Shown here: positions 1-13,437 of the stretch, in pieces | Layout of the letters: every line of letters begins with the position of its first letter | How positions within the stretch are numbered: the stretch's first letter is position 1 | Assembly: GCA_963850515.1 (NCBI GenBank) | Contig: CAWKMH010000033.1 | Span: forward strand, 3,665-67,664 | Length of the DNA: 64,000 nucleotides | Reading direction: 5' to 3' | From: an uncultured beta proteobacterium | Lineage (GTDB): Bacteria > Pseudomonadota > Gammaproteobacteria > Burkholderiales > Nitrosomonadaceae | Notes under the pieces: generated by a model | Databases searched by the model: none | What the model saw: only the letters and a program-made list of their open reading frames with translations | Told to the model about the DNA's origin: nothing | Translations under genes and position numbers: made by a program

Positions 1-228
1 TTGAAGCGGCTTACACCCAAACTCGCGGAAAGCGTCTGCACCTTACGCCCTTTTTCTTCCTATCGGAATTACGGCGCCTGCTCGCTGGAATGGTGTTACA
101 CCGCTGCCGGCCGGTTTGACCTGTACCTGCACGGTGGACAAAAACTGTGGGATTACGCCGCAGGCAGCCTTATTCTGCAAGAGGCCGGGGGACATATGTG
201 CGGTCTTGATCAGGATGATTTCTGGGCC
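1..228 (+). repeat. Diverged inverted copy of the 3' part of the inositol-monophosphatase (suhB-family) gene; pairs with 271-497 on the minus strand
   Basis: The + frame encodes LEWCYTAAGRFDLYLHGGQKLWDYAAGSLILQEAGG, nearly the same peptide as the minus-strand gene. The nucleotide differences are mostly synonymous. Confidence 0.85.
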
Positions 229-964
229 CGGATCAAGCGCAGCAATGGCTGAGCGCTGCCAGAGCGGCTCGGCCCAGAAATCATCCTGATCAAAACCGCA
301 CATGTGACCGCCTGCCTCTTCCAGAATAAGGCTGCCAGCGGCGTAGTCCCATAGTTTTTGCCCGCCATGCAGATACAGGTCAAACCGGCCGGCAGCGGTG
401 TAACACCATTCCAGCGACAGGCGCCGAAGTTCCGATGGGAAGAAAAGGGCGCAAGGTGCAGACGCCTTCTGCAAGCTTGGCGACCAAGCCGCTTCAGATC
501 CACGTTCGCCATCGCTCCGCGCATAGCGGCGGTACATGCTCCTTCATCGGCAATTTTTCCCCATTCAGGAAGGCGCCTTTGCCTTTTTCGGCATAGAACA
601 TTTCGTCCGCAACTGGATTATAAACCACTCCCAGCACGCTTCTGCCTGGCGCATCAGTGCCACCGAAACGGCGAAATAGGGCAGTCCGTTGACGAAATTC
701 GAAGTGCCGTCTATCGGGTCCATGCACCAAAGTCCGGCATCACCTGCCTGCCAGTGATCGACCTGTTCGTGTTCCGTCATTTCTTCTCCCACCACCGGAC
801 CGGATAGATTTTTCGTAATTCCCGCGAAATGTTTCCTGCGTGGCAAGATCGGCTTCGGTAAACAGGCTGCCATCCGCCTTGCGTTGCCGCGCCACCTTCA
901 AATAGCGCGGCAGAATTTCCTGCTGTGCAACTGCTTTGACCGCAGCAATGACCGCATCGAGCAC
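229..964 (-). CDS. suhB: Inositol monophosphatase family protein (frameshifted; 3' end cut at the inverted junction)
   Basis: Fragments carry TEADLA, VVGEE, WCMDPIDGTSNF and WDYAAGSLILEEAGG motifs across several frames. Confidence 0.8.
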
Positions 965-967
965 CGG

Positions 968-1524
968 TTATTCCGCCCGCCATTTGATCGAACAGCCGAT
1001 GCTGGGAGTCTGTTCCTCGGGACCCGCGCCGGTTCGGGCAACCTGGAGCATTCCTTCGAAAAGGTCGCGTCGCGCGTCGGGAGGCGCGGCTTCCTTGCGG
1101 GAAGCGTCCAGGCGGCCACGATACTGCAATTCGAGCCGGTCATTGAAGCCGAAGAAGTCCGGCGTGCAGACCGCGCCATATGCCTTTGCCACTTCCTGGG
1201 TTTCGTCCCAGACATAGGGAAAAGGAAAATCACATTCCCTGGCTATCCGCGCCATGTTGTCGAATGATCCTCCGGGTAGTCGAGTGGATCGTTCGACATG
1301 ATTGCGATGGCGCCTATACCGTGCTGGCGCAATTCCGTTACATCGCGGACAATGCGTTCGCGCATCGCTTTCACATAAGGACAATGATTGCAGATGAACA
1401 TCACCAGCAATCCTTTTTCACCCTTGACGGAAGCCAGATTGTATCGTTTTCCGTCTACTCCCGGTAAGTCGAAATCCGTTGCCTTCCAGCCGAAATCGCA
1501 GACAGGTGTTTCCAGGCTCGCCAT
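968..1524 (-). CDS. Thioredoxin/AhpC-TSA family redoxin (one frameshift)
   Basis: MFICNHCPYV CxxC motif, YGAVCTPDFFG and PSIGCSIKW C-terminus. Confidence 0.85.
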
Positions 1525-1750
1525 ATTTTCCTCCGGAATTAATATCTATAACGAATTCCAGATGCCGTTTCCTGCACTATCAAGGGCAACGACTGCCGAG
1601 AATGTAATTTCGCATGAACTTGTCGTGCGGATATAATTGAAAGTAGCGCGGATAATCTCGACATCGCTTCTTCGAATACAGGACTGTTGATACGACATAT
1701 ACTATCATGGACTGGATCCTTGATTTCTCCCCGCTCATCCTGAATAAGCG

Positions 1751-2531
1751 ATGACGCTCCCCCGTTTTTATTTCCTCTGAAAGATTCATTGTAGGACAGG
1801 TCATCGAATTGCCCTCAGCAGTTGCGCATCATGCCGCGCGCGTGTTAAGACTCCAGCACAGGCGATGAAGTGGTGTTATTCAATGGCGACGGTGGAGAAT
1901 ATCAGGTCTGATTATTGAGCGAATCAGCAAAAGCGGTGTTAGCGGTTGTGGTCGAAAGGTACGTGATAGTCGAGCGCGAATCCCCGACTCGACATACGCT
2001 TAGCTCAAACGGTGTGCACCGGCGAGAAGATGGACTGGATTGTCCAGAAAGCGGTCGAGTTGGGTGTAACCCGGATTCAGCCTCTGGCATACCAAAGCGG
2101 GGACGTGGTGAAACTCTCAGATGAACGCGGGGAAAAACGCATGAAGCCATTTGCAAAAAGTTATTATTGCCGCTTGTGAGCAGTGCGGCAGAAATCGTGT
2201 TCCGGCAATGATGCCGTTGATATCGATATCCAGAATGGCTGGGTAATCAAGCCGAACCAGTGCAAGAAGTCAAGCGGCGTATTATCCCCATGGCTCTGTT
2301 TCATGCTCTCGCCCGTTGCAAAAAAGGGTTTGCGGGATCTTCCCGCATCTCCCGATGGCAGCTCCGATAATGTTACTCGGTCGGGACCCGAAGGGGGTTT
2401 TGCCGCGGAGGAAGAGGCTGCGGCCCAGGTTGCGGGATTTATCCCGTTACGTCTGGGCGCGCATACTGCGTACCGAAACCGCTGCATTGGCGGCAGTGGG
2501 GGCAATGCAGGCGCTATGGGGTGATTATTGA
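1751..2531 (+). CDS. rsmE: 16S rRNA m3U1498 methyltransferase (multiple frameshifts)
   Basis: Pieces read HHAARVLRL, EKMDWIVQKAVELG, AACEQCGRNRVP, GPEGGF and ILRTETAALAA. Confidence 0.85.
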
Positions 2532-2655
2532 TCCCGGGATTCAATGGTAGCATGTGCATGCACATTCGGTTTTGAGGCTTTGGTTCAAGCTTGAAGTAAG
2601 ATTAGTGCAATACCCGCTTCATTTCTATTACATAATTGAACAGCGCATCTCCAAC

Positions 2656-4000
2656 ATGAGGCTAGACATGGATTTCGTAAGCCTGGTTCCGCTCGGTAGC
2701 GCCTTATGTCAATGCTTTCCGCCATAAAGTTTTTGTTGTCGCTTTCGGTGGGGAGGTCGTGGCGGACGGAAAATTCGTCGAGCTTGTTCATGATCTCAAT
2801 CTGCTGGCAAGCCTGGGCGTACGCCTGGTGCTGGTGCATGGTGCGCGCCCGCAGATCGAATCGCGGCTTGAACGAACATGACCTGCAGACGACATATGTC
2901 AGGGGGATGCGCGTTACCGACGCGCGGCGCTGCAGTGCGTAAAGGAATCAATAGGGCGGGTCCGGGTCGAAATCGAGGCGCTGTTGTCAATGGGATTGCC
3001 GAATTCGCCGATGGCCAATGCCGCTATTCGCGTCGCCAGCGGAAATTTCGTCACTGCTCGGCCGATCGGCGTAATAGAAGGCATTGACCTGATGCATACC
3101 GGTGAAGTACGCAAGGTGGATACTCGCGGCTATCCGTTCGCGGCTGGAACAAGGGGAGTTGACATTGCTTTCGCCGCTGGGCTATTCGCCTACCGGCGAG
3201 ATTTTTAATCTGACACTGGAAAATGTTGCGGCAGAAGCAGCGATTGCGCTCAAAGCAGAAAAACTGATTTTTCTGATGGATGCCGGAAGGCATAGAAAAG
3301 AATGCTCTTGATAGTCGCGAGACATTGCTGCTGCGTGAACTGACTGTGGCCGAAGGCAAGGGCTCCTGAAGAGATCTGCCGACAGCAAAACCGCGAAGCT
3401 TGCGACGATGCCCGATTGTATCTGCCGTTTGCGGTACAGGCATGTGAAGGAGGGGTGTCCCGTGTTCACCTCATCAGCCGGCACGTGGATGGCGCAATAT
3501 TGCAGGAGCTATTCACGCACGGCGGCATAGGAAGCATGATATCGGAAGGTCCATTGCAAAATTTACGGGACGCGAGGATAGAGGATGTCGGCGCTATCCT
3601 GCAATTGATCGGGCCTCTCGAAGCGGATGGGACACTGGTACGGCGGAACCGCGAATTGCTGGAGATGGAAATTGACCGCTTCGTAGTGGTCGAACATGAT
3701 CGAATGATAGTCGGTTGCGCCGCACTCTATCCTTTTCCGGACGACAAGGCGGGCGAGCTCGCCTGTCTTACGGTGCATCCGGATTATCGTAGTGCGGGGT
3801 GTGGCGATGCATTGCTCAAGCGTATTGAAGCCAAGGCGAGGTCTCAGGGAAGTAAAAAATTGTTCGTTCTCACCACCCGAACCGCCCACTGGTTTGTCGA
3901 GCGAGGTTTCCTTGAGACCGATGTGGAGGAATTACCCAAGGCAAAACAGGGGCTATACAATTACCGGCGCCGCTCCAAGGTATTTGTAAAAAATATATAA
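2656..4000 (+). CDS. argA: Amino-acid N-acetyltransferase (N-acetylglutamate synthase), frameshifted
   Basis: AAK domain (FVVAFGGE, LVHGARPQIE, LSPLGYSPTGEIFNL) plus GNAT domain (ELFTHGGIG, LFVLTTRTAHWF, YNYRRRSKV). Confidence 0.9.
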
Positions 4001-4131
4001 GCGGTAGTTTGATCGACTGCTGTGCCAATTCACCGTCACGAACCTGCGCCTTTGATTAATGGGGCGAGTACGGTTAAGATTGATGTAACGGATTACAAAT
4101 TACCTGCTTGTCATACCTGGAGAAGAGCTCA

Positions 4132-4404
4132 ATGGCAAAATTCGTTAAATGCATCAAACTCGGACGTGAAATGGAAGGATTGGATTTTCAACCTTATCCG
4201 GGGGAGTTGGGGAAGCGTATATTCGAGAACGTATCGAAAGAGGCATGGGCCGGATGGATCAGGCATCAAACCATGCTGGTCAATGAGAACCGCTTGAATC
4301 TGTCGGACATCAAGGCACGCAAGTATCTGGCTGAACAACTCGAGGCATATTTCTTTGGGGCAGGGGCCGAGCAGCCTGTGGGCTATGTACCTCCGAGGAA
4401 ATAA
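4132..4404 (+). CDS. yggX: Fe(II)-trafficking / oxidative damage protection protein
   Basis: VKCIKLG...[27 protein letters not shown] signature. Confidence 0.92.
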   Translation: MAKFVKCIKLGREMEGLDFQPYPGELGKRIFENVSKEAWAGWIRHQTMLVNENRLNLSDIKARKYLAEQLEAYFFGAGAEQPVGYVPPRK

Positions 4405-4484
4405 TAAATTCGGGAGTACGTCTTTCGTGAAAGATTCGATTTATCCACTACTGCCAAACCTGTGCAGGCAGAAGCTGCTTTTCC

Positions 4485-6566
4485 ATGACAAATTCCCAAA
4501 CTGTTAGTCCATTTCTCAACCGCGAACTGGGCCTGATAGAGTTCAACCGGCGAGTTCTTGCTCAGGCTGGAAACAAGGACACGCCGCTTCTGGAACGCTT
4601 GAAATTTCTGTGCATAGTCAGCAGTAATTTGGACGAATTTTTTGAGGTGCGCATTGCCGGGCTAAAGGAACAGATCAAGCTGGATACGCCTGGCTTCGGG
4701 CCGGACGGGATGTTGCCGCGCCAGGTATTCAAGCTCGTTTCCGAGCAGGCACATGCACTCGTGGCGCGGCAGTACCAATTATTGAATCAGGACGTTCTGC
4801 CGGGGCTTGCAAGCGAAGGCATCCGGTTTCTGCGCCGCGCCGCCTGGAACGAGGTTCAGCGCGACTGGATCAAGGCTTATTTCTTTCGTGAGATGATGCC
4901 GGTTCTGACTCCTATAGGTCTTGATATTTCGCATCCTTTTCCACGGGTGCTCAACAAGAGTTTGAATTTTGCAGTTGAACTGGAAGGCAAGGATGCTTTT
5001 GGGCGCGGCTCTGGAACGGCTATCGTGCAAGCCCCGCGTGTATTGCCGCGTGTGATTCCGCTGCCACCCGAACTCAGCAGCAGCGAGTATAACTTCGTGT
5101 TTCTGTCCTCTATCTTGCATGCGCACGTGGGTGAATTATTCTCCGGTATGAGCGTCCTCGGCTGCTATCAATTCCGCGCAACCCGCAATAGCAATCTGTT
5201 TGTGGACGAAGAAGAAGTCAAGAACCTGCGTATTGCGCTGCAGGGCGAGCTGCCCCAGCGACATTTCGGCAACGCGGTACGGCTGGAAGTGGCGGACAAT
5301 TGCCCACCACACATGTCGGATTTTTTGCTGGAGCAACTTGGTCTTTCCCAAGACGATTTTTATCAGGTGGAAGGACCAGTGAATCTGGTACGGTTGATGC
5401 AGGTTCCGATCGGATCGAGCGTCCCGACCTGAAATACCCGCCTTTCATTCCCGGTCTGCCGCTAACGCTGCAAAAGAAAAAAGCCGTGGATATTTTTCAG
5501 ATGATTCGCAAGAACGATATCCTGTTGCATCATCCCTATCAATCATTTCAGCCGGTAATTCATTTCATTCAGCAGGCTGCGGCTGATCCTGACGTCGTGG
5601 CGATAAAACAGACTGTATATCGTACCGGAACGGATTCGCTGGTCATGACAGCGCTTATCGCTGCCGCCAGCAGCGGCAAGGAAGTAACGGTAGCGGTGGA
5701 GTTGCTGGCGCGTTTCGATGAGGAAGCCAACATCAACTGGGCCAGCCGGCTGGAGGAAGTCGGCGCGCATGTCGTGTATGGGGTGGTCGGCTACAAAACT
5801 CACGCCAAGATGGCAATGGTAGTTCGGCGTGAGGAGGGCAAGCTGCGGCGTTACGTACACCTGGGTACGGGTAATTACCACGCCGGCACTGCCCGGCTCT
5901 ATACCGATTTCGGATTATTTACTTCCAATGAGGACGTCTGCGCGGACGTGAATGAAGTATTCACGCAGTTGACCGGCCTCGGCAAGGCAGGGAAATTAAG
6001 GCATCTGTGGCAATCTCCGTTTAGCTTCCACAGCCAGATGCTGGCGGCCATCGATAGCGAGATTCAGAATGCGAAAGCGGGGAAGCCTGCACGTATCATC
6101 GCCAAAATGAATGCCTTGCTCGAGCCGGAAATCATCAAGGCGCTATATGCCGCTTCCGGCGCCGGGGTAAAAATCGATCTAATCGTTCGCGGCGTCTGCG
6201 CTCTGCGACCCGGCATTAAGGGCTTATCAGATAACATCCGGGTGCGTTCGGTCATCGGACGGTTTCTCGAGCATACCCGGATTTTCTATTTTCGTAGCGG
6301 CGGCGCCCACGACCATTTATCTTTCCAGCGCCGACTGGATGGATCGGAATTTTTTTCGCCGTATCGAGATATGCTTTCCGGTTCTGGACGCAAGACTGAA
6401 AAAGCGTGTGCTTGCCGAAGGCCTTAATATATATCTCAAGGACAACAGGCAGGCATGGGAAATGGACGGTGATGGTAATTATCGTCTCAAGACGACCCGC
6501 AGAGGCAAGCGACTTTGCGCTCAGGAGATGCTGCTTGCGGAGTTGGCGGCATCGAAACCAGGTTGA
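4485..6566 (+). CDS. ppk1: Polyphosphate kinase 1 (two frameshifts)
   Basis: FLNREL, SSNLDEFFEVR, LLHHPYQSF, KTHAKM, GTGNY, GRFLEH and SSADWMDRN motifs. Confidence 0.95.
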
Positions 6567-6600
6567 GATCAGCCATGGAGCAAACCTGCAAAACCACAGT

Positions 6601-8163
6601 ATGGCTAACGAAATCGAGCTGAAATTACGCCTGCCCTCAAACTGCGTTGCCCGAGTGCAGCGGAGTCCGTTATTGAAATCCCTGAGTATTTCGCCTTCAG
6701 TTACGCAAAATCTTTACACCGTTTATTACGATACTTCTAATTTGGATCTTAGAGGTAATGACGTGGCATTCCGATTGCGTCGTTCCGGTAGACGCTGGAT
6801 ACAGAGCATCAAGGGCGGAGGCAGTGTGGCAGCGGGATTGCATCAGCGATATGAATGGGAAGCTCCAGTACCAAAGCCACAACCTGATTTCACCAAAATC
6901 TCCGATCCCTCTCTTATCAGGTTGTTCGATAACGCCGACCTGCGCGAGCAAATGCGTCCGTTGTTTATCACGGAGTGTAAACGTAGGATCCGTACGTTGC
7001 GCTTATCGGGTGGCGGTGAGGCAGAGTTTTGCCTCGATCAGGGCAGGATCCTCGCTGGCGAGGCCAGCATGCCTTTTTGCGAAATCGAGCTGGAATTGAA
7101 ATCGGGCAGTCCATTACCGTTGTTTCAGCTTGCGCTGGATCTGCTGCATACCATTCCCCTCAGGCTGGAAAATATGAGCAAGGCGGAGCGTGGCTATACG
7201 CTTGCTTCCGGCATCAAGTCTCCGCCGCTTAAAGCGACATCAGTTCAGCTCGTTGCCGAAATGAATGTAAATGAAGCGTTCAAGGCAATCGCCTGGAACT
7301 GCCTTGGCCATTTGCACAGCAACGAAGCCGGCATGCTGCACGGTGGCGATATCGAATATCTGCACCAGATGCGTGTTGCTTTGCGTAGATTGCGTTCGGC
7401 TTTGAATGTTTTTTCCAGGGCGTTCTCCAAGGCCGCGTTTGCGCCGATGGCACAAGAGTTAAGGTGGCTTGCCGGGCAATTTGGACCAGCCCGGGATTGG
7501 GATGTATTCGTGACGGAGACATTAGCCGATATTCTCCCGCATTTTCCCCACCATCCCGGCATCCTGCCGCTACAGGAGAAATGTGAGCAAATACGCCGCC
7601 GTCACAACGATGAGGCGCGCAGAGTGGTGGAATCGACGCATTATACGGAACTGATGCTGAAGCTGGGCGCATGGCTGAGTGCGGACTCCTGGGTCACTCC
7701 GTCTGATCTGATGGGCTTGGATAATCGGGCGGGGGTTGATGGGCTTGGTGGTTCTGGCGGATCGGTGAAAGAATTCGCTGGAACATTGCTGGCACATCGG
7801 CACCGGCAACTGAAAAAGTACGGGAAAAAATTGGCGAAACTGAGTTCGCCGGAATTGCATGCGGTGCGTATCCTCGCCAAGAAGCAACGGTACGCGGGCG
7901 AATTTTTCGCCGGACTCTATCCCCCCAAAAAAGTTAAAGCCTACATTAAGTCCTTAGCGGAAGTTCAAGGTGTTCTGGGCGTGGTGAACGACACGGCAGT
8001 TATCGAGCATTTGCTGAGCGAAGTACCTGAAACCGGCGATGAAAGAGGTGAGTATGAAGCAGTCGGTATTATCCGGGGCTGGGTCGCAAGCAAGGCATTG
8101 ACGAAAAAGCTGGAATTGACAAATGCATGGGTGGATTTCGATAAAAGTAACTCGTTTTGGTAA
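6601..8163 (+). CDS. CYTH (triphosphate tunnel) + CHAD domain protein
   Basis: N-terminal EIELK, YYDT, EIELELK and SKAERGY; CHAD motifs LHQMRVALRRLRS, ARDWDV and HAVRILAKKQRY. Confidence 0.9.
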   Translation: MANEIELKLRLPSNCVARVQRSPLLKSLSISPSVTQNLYTVYYDTSNLDLRGNDVAFRLRRSGRRWIQSIKGGGSVAAGLHQRYEWEAPVPKPQPDFTKISDPSLIRLFDNADLREQMRPLFITECKRRIRTLRLSGGGEAEFCLDQGRILAGEASMPFCEIELELKSGSPLPLFQLALDLLHTIPLRLENMSKAERGYTLASGIKSPPLKATSVQLVAEMNVNEAFKAIAWNCLGHLHSNEAGMLHGGDIEYLHQMRVALRRLRSALNVFSRAFSKAAFAPMAQELRWLAGQFGPARDWDVFVTETLADILPHFPHHPGILPLQEKCEQIRRRHNDEARRVVESTHYTELMLKLGAWLSADSWVTPSDLMGLDNRAGVDGLGGSGGSVKEFAGTLLAHRHRQLKKYGKKLAKLSSPELHAVRILAKKQRYAGEFFAGLYPPKKVKAYIKSLAEVQGVLGVVNDTAVIEHLLSEVPETGDERGEYEAVGIIRGWVASKALTKKLELTNAWVDFDKSNSFW

Positions 8164-8265
8164 GAGTTCCCAAGGTCCGGGTGGCGCCTGAGCCATATCG
8201 AGAGGATAGAAATAGACGGACGGCGAACTCGCCCACTTTTTAGCAGCCCTGCATTTTTGCCAGAC

Positions 8266-8294
8266 AAAAAAAGGCGGTCAATACTGACCGCCTT
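8266..8294 (-). terminator. Intrinsic terminator downstream of fba
   Basis: Hairpin AAGGCGGTCA-ATAC-TGACCGCCTT with an adjacent A run (U tract on the minus strand). Confidence 0.75.
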
Positions 8295-8375
8295 GATAGC
8301 CTTGTTATCCATTCGCTCCATCTTCCACGCCCAAAAGATGAGGGCGTGTTTCTGGATAGATAATATATTGCTGCG

Positions 8376-9440
8376 CTACTTGATAACGGCTTTCAACTCA
8401 CCTTTAGCATATTTATTTGCCATATTATCCAGCATGACGGGTTTTATCTTGCCTGCCTGACCGGCGCAACCAAACGCCTCAAACCGCGCCTTGCAAATAT
8501 CCTTTGCCGCGGCGGTTGCATCCTTGAGGAATTTCCGCGGGTCGAATTCACTTTTGTTCTTGGCAAGATGACGGCGGATTGCGCCGGTCATGGCGAGGCG
8601 AATATCGGTATCGATATTTATCTTGCGCACCCCATGCTTGATGCCCTCCTGGATTTCCTCTACCGGCACGCCATAAGTTTCCTTCATTTCTCCGCCGTAT
8701 TCCCGGATGATGTCCAGCCATTCCTGCGGCACGGAGCTGGATCCGTGCATGACAAGATGCGTATTGGGAATGCGCTGGTGGATTTCCTTCACTCGCTCGA
8801 TGGCGAGAATGTCGCCGGTCGGCTTGCGGGTGAATTTATACGCGCCATGGGAGGTTCCGATGGCAATCGCCAAGGCATCCACTCCTGTTTGCTTGACAAA
8901 GTCAGCAGCCTGCTCCGGATCGGTCAGCAATTGATCATGAGATAGTTTACCCTCCGCTCCATGGCCGTCTTCCGCCTCCCCCATGCCCGATTCAAGTGAG
9001 CCCAGGCATCCCAGCTCTCCCTCGACAGAAACGCCAACCGCGTGCGCCATCTCCACCACCTTGGCGGTGACCGCGACGTTGTATTCATAGGATGAGGGTG
9101 TCTTTGCGTCCGCCTCCAGCGAGCCATCCATCATGACGCTGGAAAAGCCGCTGCGGATCGCATTAATGCATACCGCCGGGGATGCGCCATGATCCTGATG
9201 CATGACGATGGGAATATGCGGATAGGCCTCCACCGCCGCCGCGATGAGATGGCGCAAAAAAGCTTCGCCCGCATATTTGCGCGCGCCAGCGGAACCCTGC
9301 ATGATTACCGGGCTGTCGCATTCGTCGGCCGCCTGCATGATGGCCTGAATTTGCTCCAGGTTATTTACGTTGAAAGCGGGCAGCCCATAGCCATTTTCCG
9401 CTGCATGATCCAAAAGTTGACGCAGTGATACGAGTGCCAT
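8376..9440 (-). CDS. fba: Class II fructose-bisphosphate aldolase
   Basis: [30 protein letters not shown] and VMHGSSS; intact ORF. Confidence 0.96.
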   Translation of the reverse strand: MALVSLRQLLDHAAENGYGLPAFNVNNLEQIQAIMQAADECDSPVIMQGSAGARKYAGEAFLRHLIAAAVEAYPHIPIVMHQDHGASPAVCINAIRSGFSSVMMDGSLEADAKTPSSYEYNVAVTAKVVEMAHAVGVSVEGELGCLGSLESGMGEAEDGHGAEGKLSHDQLLTDPEQAADFVKQTGVDALAIAIGTSHGAYKFTRKPTGDILAIERVKEIHQRIPNTHLVMHGSSSVPQEWLDIIREYGGEMKETYGVPVEEIQEGIKHGVRKINIDTDIRLAMTGAIRRHLAKNKSEFDPRKFLKDATAAAKDICKARFEAFGCAGQAGKIKPVMLDNMANKYAKGELKAVIK

Positions 9441-9533
9441 TTGAGCCTCCTCCAAGTTAAAATCGGTTTATCGTGTGTCGTAATGATGAGCTGTCAGCAA
9501 TGAAAGGCAGAAAATATCATTACCGCCCGGCGC

Positions 9534-10992
9534 TCAGGATCCCGGCTTTCGTTCATGCTTTCTGTATTCGCCTACCTTGACGATCTTCATCGTGTTGGTC
9601 CCGCCTGCTTTGCCCACCGGTTCGCCAATAGTCATGATAATCAGGTCGCCGTTGCGCACAGCGCCCCGCTTGAGCAATTCGTTTTCGGCATGATTCAGGA
9701 TAATCTCGGGATCGTTCGAGCCGCCACCGAATTTTAACGGGGTAGACGCCACGAAATAAAGTCATTTTGCGACGGGTATCCTCCTGCGGGCTAAGCGCAA
9801 ATATAGGAACGTTGGAGCTTCTGCGCGACATCAGCAATACCGTCCTACCGCTCTGCGTGAGCGCGGCAATGGCGCGAATTTTCAAGCCGCCGGCAGTAAA
9901 CATGGTCGCGCGTGCAATCGCCTCCTCTATCGTTTCCGGAAGACCGCCCTGAAGCCGGCGGAGTTCGCTGCTCACCAGATACTCCTTTTCTGCCTCAAGG
10001 CAGACTCTCGCCATGGCTGCGACCGATTCGACGGGATACTGTCCCGCTAGCGGATTCCGCCGACAGCATTACCGCGTCGGTGCCATCCAGTACCGCATTC
10101 GCCACATCGGATACTTCCGCACGGGTTGGAATGGGACTGTTGACCATTGATTCCATCATCTGCGTCGCAGTCACCACGAGCTTGTTGTTGGCGCGTGCCG
10201 TGCGGATCATTCGTTTCTGTAGAGCCGGCACCACCGCGTCCCCTACTTCCACCGCGAGATCTCCCCGTGCCACCATGATGCATCAGAGGCCTCCAAAATA
10301 TCATCCAACGCCAAAATTGCCTCGGAGCGCTCGATCTTTGCCATCAGCAGGCTTTTGCCGCCAGCATCGCGCATTACGTCTCGCGCCCAGCGCATATCAT
10401 CACCGGAGCGTGGGAAGGATACTGCAAGATAATCCGCTTTAAGCGCTGCGGCGGTTCTGATATCTTCTACGTCCTTGCCTGTAAGCGCGGGTGCGCTAAG
10501 TCCGCCGCCCTTGCGGTTGATACCCTTGTTATTGGACAGGACTCCGCCCTGCTCAACCACGCAATATACCTGGCTTCCCTTGACCTCTGAAACGCCCAGC
10601 ACGATGCGTCCATCGTCCAGCATCAGCGTCGGCACCGGTTTCTACATCATTTGGCAGCTCTTTATAATCCAGTCCCACCCGCTCCTGATCGCCCAGCGCA
10701 CATTCGGCGTCAAGTATGAATTTATCACCGGTCTTTAAGCAGAATATTGCCCTTTTCAAATCTGCCGATACGGATTTTCGGTCCTTGCAAGTCCGCCAGA
10801 ACGCCCACAGCATGTCCTGCGGCACGTGCCAGCGAACGGGTCAATTCGGCGCTATTCGATATGCTCTTCCCTTGTGCCATGAGAAAAATTGATACGCACC
10901 ACATCCACCCCGGCATTTATCATTCGCTCGAGTACCTTAGGGTCTCTGGATGCTGGACCGAGCGTTGCTACGATTTTTGTTCTTCGAATCAT
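9534..10992 (-). CDS. pyk: Pyruvate kinase (multiple frameshifts)
   Basis: [41 protein letters not shown] and [12 protein letters not shown] motifs. Confidence 0.93.
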
Positions 10993-11034
10993 TTTGAGAT
11001 AGGAGCGTAGCGTAGTGAGCGTTCAACGTATGAA

Positions 11035-12212
11035 TCACTGCGCGCGCTGTTCAAGTATCTCCACAGCAGGTAGTTTTTTACCTTCCAGAAACTCCAGAAA
11101 AGCACCGCCAGCGGTGGAAATGTAGGAAACCTTGTCATAGATATCATATTTCTGTATTGCGGCGATGGTGTCGCCGCCGCCAGCCAGGGTGAAGGCCTTC
11201 GTATGGGCAATGGCCATGGCGATGGTCCTGGTGCCGGCGCCAAATTGATCGAATTCAAACACGCCAACTGGCCCATTCCATACAACAGTACCGGCTTTCA
11301 TGATAATGTCCGCCAATTCCTGCGCACTCTTCGGGCCAATATCGAAAATCATCTCGTCGTCGGCAACCATATCGGCATCCTTTAATACCGCAGGTTCATT
11401 GGATCGAATTTTTTTCCGACCACGACATCTACGGCAATAGGGATGGAAGCTTGACGTTCTGCCATTTTATCCATCAGCATTTTTGCGGTAGGAACCAGAT
11501 CGTCTTCACACAAGGATTTGCCGATATTTTTCCCGGCGGCTTTCAGAAAAGTATTGGCAATGCCGCCGCCAACGACCATTTGATCAACCTTCTCCGAAAG
11601 GGATTCCAGTACGGTAAGCTTTGTCGAGACCTTCGAACCGCCAACAATCGCAACCATAGGACGTGCCGGGTTCAGGAGTGCCTTGGTGAGTGCATCCAAC
11701 TCTTCCGTCAGCAGAATCCCGGCACACGCAACCGGAGCATATTTGGCGATACCATAAGTCGAAGCTTGAGCGCGGTGCGCTGTGCCGAAAGCATCCATCA
11801 CAAACACGTCGCATAGACGTGCATATTTTTGGGCGGTTTCGTCCGAATTTTTCTTTTCGCCTTTATTGATGCGGCAGTTTTCCAGAACGACCAGTTCGCC
11901 TTCGGCAACCTCAAAATTCGTGTCTACCCAATCCCGGATCAAACGCACGGGTTTGCCCAGGCGTGCGGCAATATTGTCGGCGACCGGCTTGAGTGAATTC
12001 TCTTCGGACCAGACGCCTTCTTCCGGCCGGCCCAGATGGGATGTCACCATCACTTTTGCGCCCTGCTCGAGGCAGTAGTTAATGGTAGCCATCGAGGCGG
12101 TTATTCGCGCATCCGATGTAACTTTGCCGTCCTTTACCGGGACATTGAGGTCAGCGCGGATGAATACGCGCTTGCCTTTAAGATCAAGGTCGGTGACTTT
12201 AATGACAGACAC
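11035..12212 (-). CDS. pgk: Phosphoglycerate kinase (one frameshift)
   Basis: [31 protein letters not shown] and STAGGAFLE. Confidence 0.95.
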
Positions 12213-12354
12213 TGGGAACTCCAATTTGTGCGGTGGAGGGAGGGCTCATGGAAATCCCTTCGATAAACCATCGAAGGGCAGAGCGGGAGGTCGGGAAGAA
12301 GAGCCTGAAAATGAAGCTGTATCCAGAACTCTTCATGATGCCGCGACTATCTAT

Positions 12355-13360
<1,006 letters not shown>

Positions 13361-13437
13361 TTATATACTCCTTGGATAAAAAAAGGGGCCAGGCGAGCAA
13401 TTTTCTCCGCCTTGTTGTTGGTCACGACTGATTAGAA

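Noticed and set aside
4485-8163. ppk1 next to a CYTH-CHAD gene
   Set aside because: A well-known polyphosphate gene association.
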